From the NCBI GenBank assembly GCA_023261815.1, contig JALNKA010000013.1:1-29999 (forward strand): a DNA stretch of 29,999 nucleotides. The letters are read 5' to 3'. This DNA is from Candidatus Wolframiiraptor sinensis (GTDB lineage: Archaea > Thermoproteota > Nitrososphaeria_A > Caldarchaeales > Wolframiiraptoraceae). The translations under genes were made by a program, and so were the position numbers. Within the stretch, counting starts at the first letter, position 1, and each line of letters begins with the position of its first letter. Below are positions 1 to 9,154 of the stretch, piece by piece. The notes beneath the pieces are model-generated. The model had not been told where the DNA came from. It saw only the letters and a list, made by a program, of their open reading frames with translations, and did not search any database.

Positions 1-232
1 GGACCTGACCTAAATAACCCCACTCTCTCCATTATTTTATTTCTCAGATAGTGTGCCGAATACGCATAGCCTCCTCAGCTGGATAGGAAGATTGTTGCTT
101 AAGCTTCCTCATTTAGCCGCTTGAAGCCTCCTCCGGCAGCTCTCCACCGAGCCGGCTCCCCTATATTTAAATAGAATCCGTTGCTGAATGTTAGTTAGAG
201 CTCGTGTTGATGCTCATGGGAGGAGTAGGGTT

Positions 233-1390
233 TTGAGCGCGGGAGCACCTTCGATGAAGTATCTAATTGAGGCTAAGATCGAGATTAATGGCGTCGTGGA
301 TAAGAATGACGTGGTTGGGGCGGTTTTCGGGCAGACGGAGGGGCTTTTCAGCAGCGAGTTCGACCTCAGGGAGCTTCAGAAGAGCGGGAGAATAGGTAGG
401 ATAGAGATCACGGTCAGCGTTCAGGATAAGAAGACCTATGGCAGGATCGCTGTCCCGACGGCGCTTGACAAGTACTCGACGGCGCTCGTGGCCGCGATGC
501 TCGAGAGCGTTGAGCGCGTGGGGCCGTATAACGCGGTCGTGAAGGTCGAGAAAATCCACGATCTCCGAGCTGAGAAGCGGAGGAAGATAGTCGAGAGGGC
601 TAGGGCCATACTCTATGAGTGGGAGAAGAGCAAAATCCCCGAGGAAGATGAGATCCTGAAGGAGCTTGAGGAGTCGCTGCTGAGAGCGAAGATGATAGAG
701 CTTGGAGCCGAGAGAGTTCCAGCAGGCCCCGATGCTGAGAAGAGCGATGAGCTGATAATAGTCGAGGGTAGAGCCGACGTGATAAACCTGCTCAGGCACG
801 GCTACACGAATGTCATAGCTGTCGAGGGGATAAAGATACCCGAGTACGTCAAGAGCCTCGCCAGCAGGAAGAGGAGGGTCATAGCGTTCTTGGACGGGGA
901 TAGGGGCGGAGACATGATACTATACCAGCTGCATAGCTCCGGGATGAAGATCGATGCGGTTGCTCGAGCGCCTTATGGGAAGGAGGTGGAGGAGCTGACG
1001 GGCAAGGAGATCTCGGATGCCCTTCATCGCGCTATTCCGCTGGAGGAGGCCATTAAGAGCCTGAAGATGCCCAAGGCCGTGGAAAGGGAGCACGCCGAGC
1101 TGCCGGAAGAAGTCAGGAAAAGCATCGACGAGGTTAGGGAGAGGCTTATGGCCATCTTGCTTGATGAAGGTTTAAATGAGCTCAAGAGGGTGCCTGTGAG
1201 CGAGCTCGCCCAGGAGCTCGAGAACTACAAGGATTCCGTGAAATATGTCATATTCGATGGCATAATCACGCAGAGGCTCATCGATATACTCTCGGGAAGA
1301 GCTGATGAGGTCTACCTGATAGGCGTCAGGATCGGGGAGATCTCGAAACCCGCTGATAACGTTAAGGTGATGACGTTCAACCAGCTTTAG
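233..1390 (+). CDS. dnaG: Archaeal DnaG-type primase (TOPRIM; exosome-associated)
   Basis: Motifs DVVGAVFGQTEGL, DLRELQKSGRIGRI, IIVEGRADV, AFLDGDRGG and VIFDGIITQRL. Start is probably TTG 233 after a purine-rich SD, or ATG 254, rather than 188. Confidence 0.95.
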   Translation: MSAGAPSMKYLIEAKIEINGVVDKNDVVGAVFGQTEGLFSSEFDLRELQKSGRIGRIEITVSVQDKKTYGRIAVPTALDKYSTALVAAMLESVERVGPYNAVVKVEKIHDLRAEKRRKIVERARAILYEWEKSKIPEEDEILKELEESLLRAKMIELGAERVPAGPDAEKSDELIIVEGRADVINLLRHGYTNVIAVEGIKIPEYVKSLASRKRRVIAFLDGDRGGDMILYQLHSSGMKIDAVARAPYGKEVEELTGKEISDALHRAIPLEEAIKSLKMPKAVEREHAELPEEVRKSIDEVRERLMAILLDEGLNELKRVPVSELAQELENYKDSVKYVIFDGIITQRLIDILSGRADEVYLIGVRIGEISKPADNVKVMTFNQL

Positions 1391-2456
1391 CCCTCCGAAG
1401 GGGGATCCGGTATCTCAGCGAGGCGACTATGCCGCCGAGCCCCGCGATCTTCTCCGAGGCCTCCAGCCCATCCACCAGCACGTGAAGCTCCAGCTTGCCC
1501 TTCTCGGCCTGCTCCAGAATCTTCTCGAGCCTCTCGTTTTCCAGGTTATTCCAGAGATACTGCTCCGCTACCAAGATCTTCTCCACTGCTCCCAGGCTCC
1601 AGGCATCATAAACTTCGTCGAGACCTATCGCGACCCTCTCCGGATCCTTGGACATTATTTTGATGAAGTTCTCGGCTTCCAGCGTATCCCTGAAGGGCTT
1701 CAGGGACCTCAAGTGCTCGGGGACCTCACTCGACTTCAGAGCCTCTCTTATTCCCGCCTCGCCGCCTATCGAGGTGTTCAATGAGCCCATGAGCCTCTTG
1801 AGGAGATCCCTCTCTCGCTTCCTGAGATGCGCGGTGAAGCTCTCGGAGAATATCCTCGGCCCTATAATGAGTATGCCAGCCTCTGGTAAGCTCTTGATAG
1901 CCTCAACGACCTCGTCGTAGATCTGCTCCAGCTCTTGCTCCCCCCATTGAATCGATTTATCCGCTTTGGGTAGGCTCTTCGAGTAAGCTATTCTCACCCC
2001 CCTGTTCGAGAACTCGGCGACCGCGATGTCCTCATCATCGAGCGAGACGCAGATGACCGTGCCGCCCCCCTTCCCCCGATAGCCCTCCGCGAAGGAGCGC
2101 ATTCTCTCAAAATCCTTCTGGGACTCTATTTTCACGGAAACACCAGGGTAGATCGTGATCGTGTGATGCTTTCCGATCAGGTCCAAGTCGCGGCTCTCAT
2201 AGACTATCCTCCCCGAGAGCCTGATCCTTTTCATGAGCGGGTCAGCTGCCTTAGACTCGACCTCGACTCCGAGGATCACCTGAACCCTTTCGCTATCGAT
2301 CTTGCCGCTCGCCCGCTCCTTCTTGAGCTCCCTAGACGTCCTCGAATAAACCACGTCACCGGGCTTCACGAGCCTGAATATGTTTATGAGATCTAGGCCG
2401 CTCTCCGGAATCAGCTCGATCCTCCTCTTAGCCGCATCCACGCGCTCGACTATCAT
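1377..2456 (-). CDS. pelA: mRNA surveillance protein pelota (eRF1 family)
   Basis: N-domain (IPES..DL, PGDVVYSRTSR, RLSGRI, GKHHTI) and C-terminal LGGIVASLRY. Start placed at ATG 2456; the longer ORF overlaps mntP. Confidence 0.9.
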   Translation of the reverse strand: MIVERVDAAKRRIELIPESGLDLINIFRLVKPGDVVYSRTSRELKKERASGKIDSERVQVILGVEVESKAADPLMKRIRLSGRIVYESRDLDLIGKHHTITIYPGVSVKIESQKDFERMRSFAEGYRGKGGGTVICVSLDDEDIAVAEFSNRGVRIAYSKSLPKADKSIQWGEQELEQIYDEVVEAIKSLPEAGILIIGPRIFSESFTAHLRKRERDLLKRLMGSLNTSIGGEAGIREALKSSEVPEHLRSLKPFRDTLEAENFIKIMSKDPERVAIGLDEVYDAWSLGAVEKILVAEQYLWNNLENERLEKILEQAEKGKLELHVLVDGLEASEKIAGLGGIVASLRYRIPLRRAKAG

Positions 2457-2563
2457 GCCCGCTCTACAGCGCCTCCGGGAAAAACCATGGGGGGACATCA
2501 AGATATAGTATGCTGAGCCCCCGGCGCAAAGGTTTTCACCTGAAAGCTTCCTGAAAGCCCTGA

Positions 2564-3109
2564 ATGATTGAGGTGATGGTGGCGATAGCGGTCGGCTTAG
2601 CCCTCGACTGCTTCTCTGCGGCCTTCGCCGTGGGAGCATGCTGGGAGCGCGTGAGAGCATTTGCACCCCTTGTGCTCGCAACATCCTTCGGCGCCTTCCA
2701 GGCTGGGATGATGTGGCTGGGATGGGCTGGCGGAAGCCTCCTAGAAGCCATGGTCCATTACGACCACTGGATCGCCTTCATCCTCCTGGCCGCCGTGGGG
2801 GCGCACATGATCCATGAAGGGCTCAGAGGCGAGGTGATGCGATGCGAGCCCATGACGCTTCGGATGCTCATCGCGTTATCCACGGCCACGAGCATAGATG
2901 CTCTCGCGGTGGGCTTCAGCGCGCCGCTCATAGGATTGGCGGTCGCGGGCATGTCGATCGCCGCCGGCCTCGCCTCCTTCATCTTAGCAATTCTGGGATA
3001 TTTCATGGGCTCAAGGATCAGGAGCTTAGCCGGGAAGAGGGCTCCCATCTTCGGGGGCGCCATGCTCATACTCCTCGGCCTCAGGATCTTGCTCGAGCAC
3101 ATGGGTTAA
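2564..3109 (+). CDS. mntP: Manganese efflux pump MntP family
   Basis: AVGLALDCFSAA, FGAFQAGM, DHWIAFILL, ATSIDALAVG and GGAMLILLG motifs; about 6 hydrophobic segments. Confidence 0.88.
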   Translation: MIEVMVAIAVGLALDCFSAAFAVGACWERVRAFAPLVLATSFGAFQAGMMWLGWAGGSLLEAMVHYDHWIAFILLAAVGAHMIHEGLRGEVMRCEPMTLRMLIALSTATSIDALAVGFSAPLIGLAVAGMSIAAGLASFILAILGYFMGSRIRSLAGKRAPIFGGAMLILLGLRILLEHMG

Positions 3110-3168
3110 GAGGTCTAACTATGGGCTGGGAAATAATCTTAGGAGACCGTGCCGATTATATCCGCTGA

Positions 3169-3852
3169 ATGCTGGAGGTGAAGTATGATGATTCTCGATG
3201 GAGGCTGTTGTCGAGGCTCCGGGAGAGGGCTCTAGCCGTGATGAAACCCCTCCTAGATCATGGTCTCAACCCAATAGTGTATGGCAGCATCGCGAGAGGT
3301 GATGTTGATGAGAAAAGCGATGTAGATGTCTTCATACAATCCCCGGCGAGCACTACGATTATAGAGCTGTATCTCTCCGAAGCCGGTATAATGGTGAGAG
3401 ACCGGGTCTTGGTCCAGGCCACGCCAAGCCACGTGCCAAAAGCATACCTCGTGATCGACGAGTATACGTCGGTCTCGCTGCCTCTTCTGAAGATGACCGA
3501 GGATGAGGTTGGCTTCTACCGGCTCGCGGGCCAGCTCTCATACGAGGAATTAAGGAGGGGGCTCAGGGTTCCTGGCATGAACAAGGAGCTCATGCTGATC
3601 ATACCGACACCCGAGGGCCACATCGAGCTGCCGGTTGAGAGGAATATCGAGGAAGCCGCCTTGATCCTCGGCGTGGATCCCAAGATCCTTAGAAACCGGG
3701 TGAGGGTTCTCAGGAGGAGAAGAGAGCATGGGAGAACCGGCGTCTACCGCGAGATATCAATTCCGCGAGACAAGACTTTTGAGCAAGTATTGGATGAGCT
3801 GATAGACCGCGACCCGGCGCTCAGGAGAAGAATCAGAACCCTTGGTGAGTAA
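3169..3852 (+). CDS. Predicted nucleotidyltransferase (Pol-beta superfamily, archaeal COG2413-like)
   Basis: YGSIARGDVDEKSDVDVF motif, plus RVPGMNKEL and GRTGVY typical of this archaeal family. Confidence 0.85.
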   Translation: MLEVKYDDSRWRLLSRLRERALAVMKPLLDHGLNPIVYGSIARGDVDEKSDVDVFIQSPASTTIIELYLSEAGIMVRDRVLVQATPSHVPKAYLVIDEYTSVSLPLLKMTEDEVGFYRLAGQLSYEELRRGLRVPGMNKELMLIIPTPEGHIELPVERNIEEAALILGVDPKILRNRVRVLRRRREHGRTGVYREISIPRDKTFEQVLDELIDRDPALRRRIRTLGE

Positions 3853-3891
3853 ATTTTAAGCTCAGGCGATGAGCCGTGAAATTGACAGACA

Positions 3892-5283
3892 TTGAGCCTT
3901 CTATTAATCTCGCCACCCACGAGTTCCGTGGTTAAGGAGATCTTGGGGGCATCAGGCCCTCCTCTAGGCCTAGCATATCTCGCGGTCGTCGCCGAGGAAC
4001 AGGGGTGGAAGGTCAGGATCATAGATGGTCTCACGGAGGGCTTGAGTATGCAGGATATAGCGGGGATCGTCAGGAGCCTTCAGCCCGAGGTCGCCGGAAT
4101 CACGGCCACGACACCCGCGATCTACGACGCATACGAGATCGCCAGAATAGTTAAAGAACATTCTCCAAATTCTCTTGTTCTGCTGGGAGGCCCTCACGCC
4201 ACGTTTATGGCCCATGAAGTCCTGGAAGAATGCCCCTACATCGACGTGGTGGTTAGAGGTGAGGCCGAGGAAACATTAAAGGAGATCCTTGAAAGGATTG
4301 AGCGCGGCGGGGATCTAAGCGGGGTCGCCGGAATCACTTACAGAGCGGGAGATAGGATTAGGGAGAATCCCCCAAGGGGGTTCATTGATGACCTGGACTC
4401 CCTCCCGATACCAGCATACAATCTTCTACCGATGGAGAAATATGTAGTTGATAGAGTTAGGTACGCGGCGATAGTCACCTCCAGAGGATGCCCATATGGC
4501 TGCATATTCTGCTCCTCATCACTGCAATTCGGTAAAAGGTGGAGGGCTCATAGCCCCGAGAGGGTGCTGGAGGAGCTGATGATCCTGAGATACGATTACG
4601 GCGCCAGGGAGATAGAGTTCCTCGACGACACCTTCACACTGAAGATGAGTAGGGCTGAAGAGATATCCAGGATGATCGTGAGCGAGGGGCTTGACATATC
4701 CTGGAGCGCCTCCTCCAGGGTGAATACTTTCAGCAGAAGCCTCGGCGAGGCCATGAGAAGAGCCGGCGCCCACACGATCTACTTCGGCATCGAGTCCGGA
4801 TCCGATAAGACTCTGAGGCTGATAGGGAAAGGAATAATTAGGAGGCAGGCCGTGGACGCCGTGAAAGCTGCCAGGAATTCCGGGCTAAACGCCCTGGGCT
4901 CATTCATCATAGGATTCCCTCATGAGAGGGAGGAGGATATAAGGGCAACCATAAAATTCGCTGACAAGGTTGGGGTTGATCTGGCCCAGTTCACGATAGC
5001 CACGCCGTATCCCGGCACGAGACTCTGGGAGATAGCCGTGAAGGAGAACCTGCTTCTAACGAGAAACTGGAGAAAATTCACGACCCTCGACGTGGTGATG
5101 AGGAGCCTCTACTTAACCCCCGAGAGAATTAAGAAACTTCTACTCTGGGCTTACATCACGTTCTACTTGAATCCGAGGCGCGTGCTCAGAGACCTCATTG
5201 TGAACAGATGCTTCATCTTGAGGAGGGCGATCCCGGGAGCAATCAGGTACCTCAGGAGAGCTCTTCAAAAAGCCTGGGAATAA
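3892..5283 (+). CDS. B12-binding-domain radical SAM protein (class B methyltransferase-like)
   Basis: PPLGLAYLA and GGPHAT cobalamin-binding region; SRGCPYGCIFC (CxxxCxxC); FGIESGS; TPYPGT. TTG start. Confidence 0.9.
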   Translation: MSLLLISPPTSSVVKEILGASGPPLGLAYLAVVAEEQGWKVRIIDGLTEGLSMQDIAGIVRSLQPEVAGITATTPAIYDAYEIARIVKEHSPNSLVLLGGPHATFMAHEVLEECPYIDVVVRGEAEETLKEILERIERGGDLSGVAGITYRAGDRIRENPPRGFIDDLDSLPIPAYNLLPMEKYVVDRVRYAAIVTSRGCPYGCIFCSSSLQFGKRWRAHSPERVLEELMILRYDYGAREIEFLDDTFTLKMSRAEEISRMIVSEGLDISWSASSRVNTFSRSLGEAMRRAGAHTIYFGIESGSDKTLRLIGKGIIRRQAVDAVKAARNSGLNALGSFIIGFPHEREEDIRATIKFADKVGVDLAQFTIATPYPGTRLWEIAVKENLLLTRNWRKFTTLDVVMRSLYLTPERIKKLLLWAYITFYLNPRRVLRDLIVNRCFILRRAIPGAIRYLRRALQKAWE

Positions 5284-5330
5284 TACCGGAAGCATATTTA
5301 TAGCTTGACGCGGAGAATATTCTTGCGGCC

Positions 5331-5696
5331 ATGTCCTCGGATGAGGCCGAGTATATGCGGAGAATGGCAGATGCTCTTAGAAGCGGGGCGAAGATGCTCG
5401 CCGACCAGTGCCCGGTCTGCAATAGCCCCCTCTTCGAGATAAAGGGCCAGATCTGGTGCCTGAAATGCAATAAAAGAGTGATCAGGGTCTCGAGCGAGGA
5501 GGAGGTCGAGGAAGCCTTCACGGGCATCACACTAAACGAGCTCCTGAAGACCCTAACCACAAAAATGGAGGAAGTTAATATCGCGTTGAAGCGGGTGGCG
5601 GATCCGAGGGAGATAAAGGACCTTACAGAGACCCTAATAAGCCTCTTAAAAGCCCTTGAGCTCGCGTCGAATCTCAGGGAACACTTCACCGATTAA
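5331..5696 (+). CDS. UPF0148 / autoantigen p27-like zinc-ribbon protein
   Basis: MADALRSGAKMLADQCPVCNSPLF...CLKC followed by a helical C-terminus. Confidence 0.85.
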   Translation: MSSDEAEYMRRMADALRSGAKMLADQCPVCNSPLFEIKGQIWCLKCNKRVIRVSSEEEVEEAFTGITLNELLKTLTTKMEEVNIALKRVADPREIKDLTETLISLLKALELASNLREHFTD

Positions 5697-6010
5697 TGTG
5701 TGAAGCTCTTCACATCTTCAACGCGCTCCGCATCCCGGATAATACTCCTAGAATCTCATATAAGCACCAATGTAGGCGTGAAATAATATCCTGAAGATCA
5801 TGTCAGCGTCTTGTCACCGCGGGTGTACCCCAGGCTTTCACAGGTCTCATTCCAAAATATGCGCATCTTTCCATAAATTCTTCCGAAAAATATCTATTGA
5901 TGCGGGCATGGAAGGAGCTTCGAGAAGAAAGAGGCTGCTTCATGCCATTCTCGCGCTTCTTCAACACGCGTGGAAAAACCGCTTGAATAAGGGGAGAAGA
6001 GCATTCGGTT

Positions 6011-6030
6011 TTCCAGTGGAAAGCAAGGGG
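6011..6030 (+). promoter_or_regulatory. Origin recognition box (ORB) with G-string
   Basis: TTCCAGTGGAAAGCAAGGGG matches the archaeal ORB consensus TTCCAGTGGAAA-N-GGGG. Confidence 0.9.
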
Positions 6031-6040
6031 TTCCTTCGAT

Positions 6041-6054
6041 TTCCGGTGGAAAGC
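6041..6054 (+). promoter_or_regulatory. mini-ORB
   Basis: TTCCGGTGGAAAGC, a near copy of the ORB core without the G-string. Confidence 0.75.
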
Positions 6055-6175
6055 CTTATCCTGCCTTTCTTCCGCCAAAGACCCTCTCTTAAGCCCTCTC
6101 GGGAGCGGGTTTTCACAGGCTTCTTCACCATGTGAACTGATGCTCGATGCCGCAGAGTTCTAGTGAAAGACCCAC

Positions 6176-6196
6176 ACCCCTCCATTTCCACTGGAG
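6176..6196 (-). promoter_or_regulatory. Origin recognition box (ORB), inverted relative to the first
   Basis: Minus strand reads CTCCAGTGGAAATGGAGGGGT. Confidence 0.9.
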
Positions 6197-6254
6197 AAGC
6201 CCTGTGTCCTAGAGAAAACCTCTTTCTCGGCCCCTTTAAACAAGCTTCGAGCTA

Positions 6255-6276
6255 ATACTCAAAATATTTTGAGTAT
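6255..6276. repeat. Perfect 22-bp AT-rich palindrome
   Basis: ATACTCAAAATATTTTGAGTAT is its own reverse complement. Confidence 0.9.
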
Positions 6277-6355
6277 CCAGTTGATTAGCTCATCCCTCCA
6301 ACAACATTAAGGGGCTACTTTGAATACAAAGTCACCATTAAACCCTCAGTCAGGT

Positions 6356-7609
6356 ATGGGGCTCTTTCACAGGAAATTTAGGGGTGGGGAGGATCCTCTG
6401 GAGGAGGTTTTGAGGAGAGCTCTTCAGAGACCGAGAATATTCGTGAACCGCGAGGTGATGAGGTCTGATTATGTCCCCGATAAGCTTCCGCACAGGGATG
6501 AGCACATCAAGAAGCTTGGCGAGATATTATCCCCGGCTCTAAGCCTCTCCAAGCCCAGCAACATTTTCATTTATGGTAAGACTGGAACCGGGAAAACGGC
6601 GGTGGTGCGATATGTCTTCAAGAGGTTTAGGGAGATCGCCACTGAAGAAGATCTACCGGTCTCCTTCGCATACATCAATTGCAGGATAGCGGGGACGGAA
6701 TACAGGGTTCTGGCCGAGCTCTGTGAAAGTATAGGGGTTAAGGTTCCCTTCACGGGCTTAGCGAAAGCGGAGGTCTTCGCGAGACTCAGAAGAGGCCTGA
6801 AGGAGAGGGGCGTTCTACTCGTGGCCTGCTTCGACGAGATAGATGCTCTGGTGAAAAGCTACGGCGACAACCTCCTCTACGAGCTCTCCCGGATAAATGA
6901 GGGAATGGAGGGGTGTGGCCTCACGATGATCGGGACGTCCAACGATCTCCATTTCAAGGATTATCTCGATCCAAGAGTTCTCAGCAGCCTCAGCGAGGAG
7001 GAGCTCGTCTTCCACCCCTACACGGCTATGGAGCTCATAGACATCCTGAGCGAGAGGGCGAGGCTTGCATTCAGGGAGGGCGCTGTGCCCCAGGAAGTGA
7101 TCAACCTATGCGCGGCGCTGGCGGCATCGGAGCACGGCGATGCGAGGAGGGCCATAGACCTGCTCAGAGTCGCCGCCGAGGTCGCGGAGAGGAATGGCGA
7201 TGAAGCTGTGGAGGAGAGGCACGTGAGAATCGCCCAGAACATAATCGAGCGCGGCAGGATATTCGAGGCGATATCAACGCTCCCGCTTCACAGCAAGCTG
7301 GTCCTCGTCAGCATGCTCCTTCTGGCGAGAAACAACGTCTCGAGCCCGGTCTCCGGCATGATATACCAGGCGTATAGGGATGTTTGCAGGCAAATCGGCA
7401 TAGAGCCCTTGACGGATAGGAGGGTTAGCAGCCTTATATCGGAGCTGGATATGCTCGGCGTCGTGAAGAGCGAGCTCGTGAACATGGGCAGACATGGAAG
7501 AACGCGCAGAATAATCCTTCTCACGCCGCTTGACGAAATCGAGGAGGCGATAAGCGGCGACGAGCTCCTCTCAGCTCTACTGGATCATAAGCCATCAACC
7601 GCGAGATGA
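6356..7609 (+). CDS. cdc6: ORC1-type DNA replication initiator Cdc6/Orc1
   Basis: YVPDKLPHRDE, Walker A GKTGTGKT, Walker B FDEID, LDPRVLSSL, HGDARRAIDLL and winged-helix GRHGRTR. ATG 6356 preferred over TTG 6320. Confidence 0.96.
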   Translation: MGLFHRKFRGGEDPLEEVLRRALQRPRIFVNREVMRSDYVPDKLPHRDEHIKKLGEILSPALSLSKPSNIFIYGKTGTGKTAVVRYVFKRFREIATEEDLPVSFAYINCRIAGTEYRVLAELCESIGVKVPFTGLAKAEVFARLRRGLKERGVLLVACFDEIDALVKSYGDNLLYELSRINEGMEGCGLTMIGTSNDLHFKDYLDPRVLSSLSEEELVFHPYTAMELIDILSERARLAFREGAVPQEVINLCAALAASEHGDARRAIDLLRVAAEVAERNGDEAVEERHVRIAQNIIERGRIFEAISTLPLHSKLVLVSMLLLARNNVSSPVSGMIYQAYRDVCRQIGIEPLTDRRVSSLISELDMLGVVKSELVNMGRHGRTRRIILLTPLDEIEEAISGDELLSALLDHKPSTAR

Positions 7610-7628
7610 TGTCAGGCTGTGAAGGGCT

Positions 7629-9113
7629 TTGAAACGTGAAGCATTAGCGAGAAAGATAATCGAGAAGGCCACGAGGAGAGGTTACACCGTTACCAAGGGC
7701 GCTTTAAGGCTCTTGGAACAGGCCGAGGCTCCCCTAGAGGTGCTGGATGAGGCGATGCACAGACTGGAAAGAAGCGGCGCGATGATAATTGACGAGCTGC
7801 TCCTAATGGAGTTGCTGAAAGCGAGAAGGGAGTCTCGAGAAATGGGGGTGGCCGAGGAAGGAGAGGAAGTGGCTGAAGCTGCTGAGGAGCTCGAAGAGCT
7901 CAGCATAGAAGTTGATGAGCGCTTTCTCAGGGAGTGGAGGATACAGGGCGCATCCGAGGAATTCCAAAGATATTTTTTGAGCAGGTATGAGAAGCTTTCT
8001 AGGATTCTTCGGGAAAGGCTCGGAAGCGCGGTCTCGTTGAGGGAGGCCATGAGGCTCCGGGAATCGCAAGAAGCCAGCATCATAGTGATGCTCCTCGAGA
8101 AGCATGACTCGAAGAAAGCGTGGATACTAAGGGTGGATGATCCTAGCGGAGAGCACAGGATAATAGTGCCGAAGGAGGGCGTTTCCGGCGATAGCCCGGA
8201 GCAGCTGCTGCAGGATGTGGTGTTCGGGGCCAGGATCGTTAAGAACGGCGACGCGCTCATCGCGAGGGAGCTAATACTCCCGGATGTGGCCGCGGAGCGG
8301 CTGGAGAAAGCCGCCAGAGACGCGCTCATCTGCATGATCTCGGATATACACGTGGGGAGCAAGCACTTCAGGGAGGATCTCTTCGAGAACTTTCTCGACT
8401 GGATCAATCGCGATGGAGACCCTGAGGCCAGAAACGTCAGGATCTTGATAATCGCTGGAGACATTGTGGATGGAGCCGGCGTATATCCGAACCAGCATAA
8501 GGAGCTCGAGGTCTTCTCGGTTGAGGAGCAGCTCAAGAAGATGTCAAGACTTCTATCAGAGATCCCGGAGCGCGTCAAGTTAGTAATAGGCCCGGGAAAC
8601 CATGACCCGGTTCAGCGAGCTCTTCCCCAGCCCCCGCTCCCAGAAAAGTATCGCGCGATTCTCGAGAAATCCGGCAGGAGCATGATCTTCGTGGGGAACC
8701 CCGCCTGGATGACCATCGACGGGAGAACGTTTCTGGTGTATCATGGACAGGGGCTGGATGACATAATACAGAGCGTTCCCGGCTTCTCGCACAGCAACTT
8801 GGAAAGGGATCTTGGAGATTTACTGAAGCTGGTGCTCAGGTGCAGGCATCTATGCCCGATCTACGGCGAGACCACGCCCATAATCCCGACGCCCGAGGAC
8901 CTGCTCGTGGTGGATCGCGTTCCCCACGTCTTCCACACGGGCCACGTCCACGTCGCATACGCAGGATCATACCGCGGCGTAAGAATCGTGAACTCGGGAA
9001 CATGGCAGGAGCAGACAAGCTATCAAAGAGGGGTCGGCCTTGAGCCGACGGTGGGGGTCATGGCCCTAGTAAACCTCAGAGATCTCTCAATAAAGCTCAG
9101 AAGATTCGCCTAA
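7629..9113 (+). CDS. polD1: DNA polymerase D small subunit DP1 (3'-5' exonuclease)
   Basis: Calcineurin-like motifs SDIHVGS, AGDIVDG.GVYPNQ, GNHD, YHG, RHLCP.YG, HTGHVH and NSGTWQEQT; preceded by an OB-fold region. Confidence 0.95.
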   Translation: MKREALARKIIEKATRRGYTVTKGALRLLEQAEAPLEVLDEAMHRLERSGAMIIDELLLMELLKARRESREMGVAEEGEEVAEAAEELEELSIEVDERFLREWRIQGASEEFQRYFLSRYEKLSRILRERLGSAVSLREAMRLRESQEASIIVMLLEKHDSKKAWILRVDDPSGEHRIIVPKEGVSGDSPEQLLQDVVFGARIVKNGDALIARELILPDVAAERLEKAARDALICMISDIHVGSKHFREDLFENFLDWINRDGDPEARNVRILIIAGDIVDGAGVYPNQHKELEVFSVEEQLKKMSRLLSEIPERVKLVIGPGNHDPVQRALPQPPLPEKYRAILEKSGRSMIFVGNPAWMTIDGRTFLVYHGQGLDDIIQSVPGFSHSNLERDLGDLLKLVLRCRHLCPIYGETTPIIPTPEDLLVVDRVPHVFHTGHVHVAYAGSYRGVRIVNSGTWQEQTSYQRGVGLEPTVGVMALVNLRDLSIKLRRFA

Positions 9114-9154
9114 GCGCCCTGCATAATCTATTGGAGAATTCGCCGGAATATTCT

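Larger units (their letters stand above)
5697..6355. other. Probable chromosomal replication origin (oriC)
   Basis: About 650-bp gene-free gap directly upstream of cdc6, containing inverted ORB elements, AT-rich patches and a 22-bp palindrome. Confidence 0.85.

Noticed and set aside
2457-2563. yybP-ykoY manganese riboswitch upstream of mntP
   Set aside because: The gap is only about 107 bp, is shared with the pelota promoter, and shows no recognisable aptamer.
2457-2684. N-terminal extension of pelota
   Set aside because: It overlaps mntP and the divergent promoter; the pelota domain begins at ATG 2456.
5800-6191. Three short ORFs in the cdc6 upstream gap
   Set aside because: They overlap the ORB elements and show no recognisable protein features.
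7682-8578. 298-aa antisense ORF (likewise 17841-18686, 21002-21862 and 24418-25206)
   Set aside because: These are shadows of well-supported genes on the opposite strand, with biased Ser/Leu/His-rich composition.
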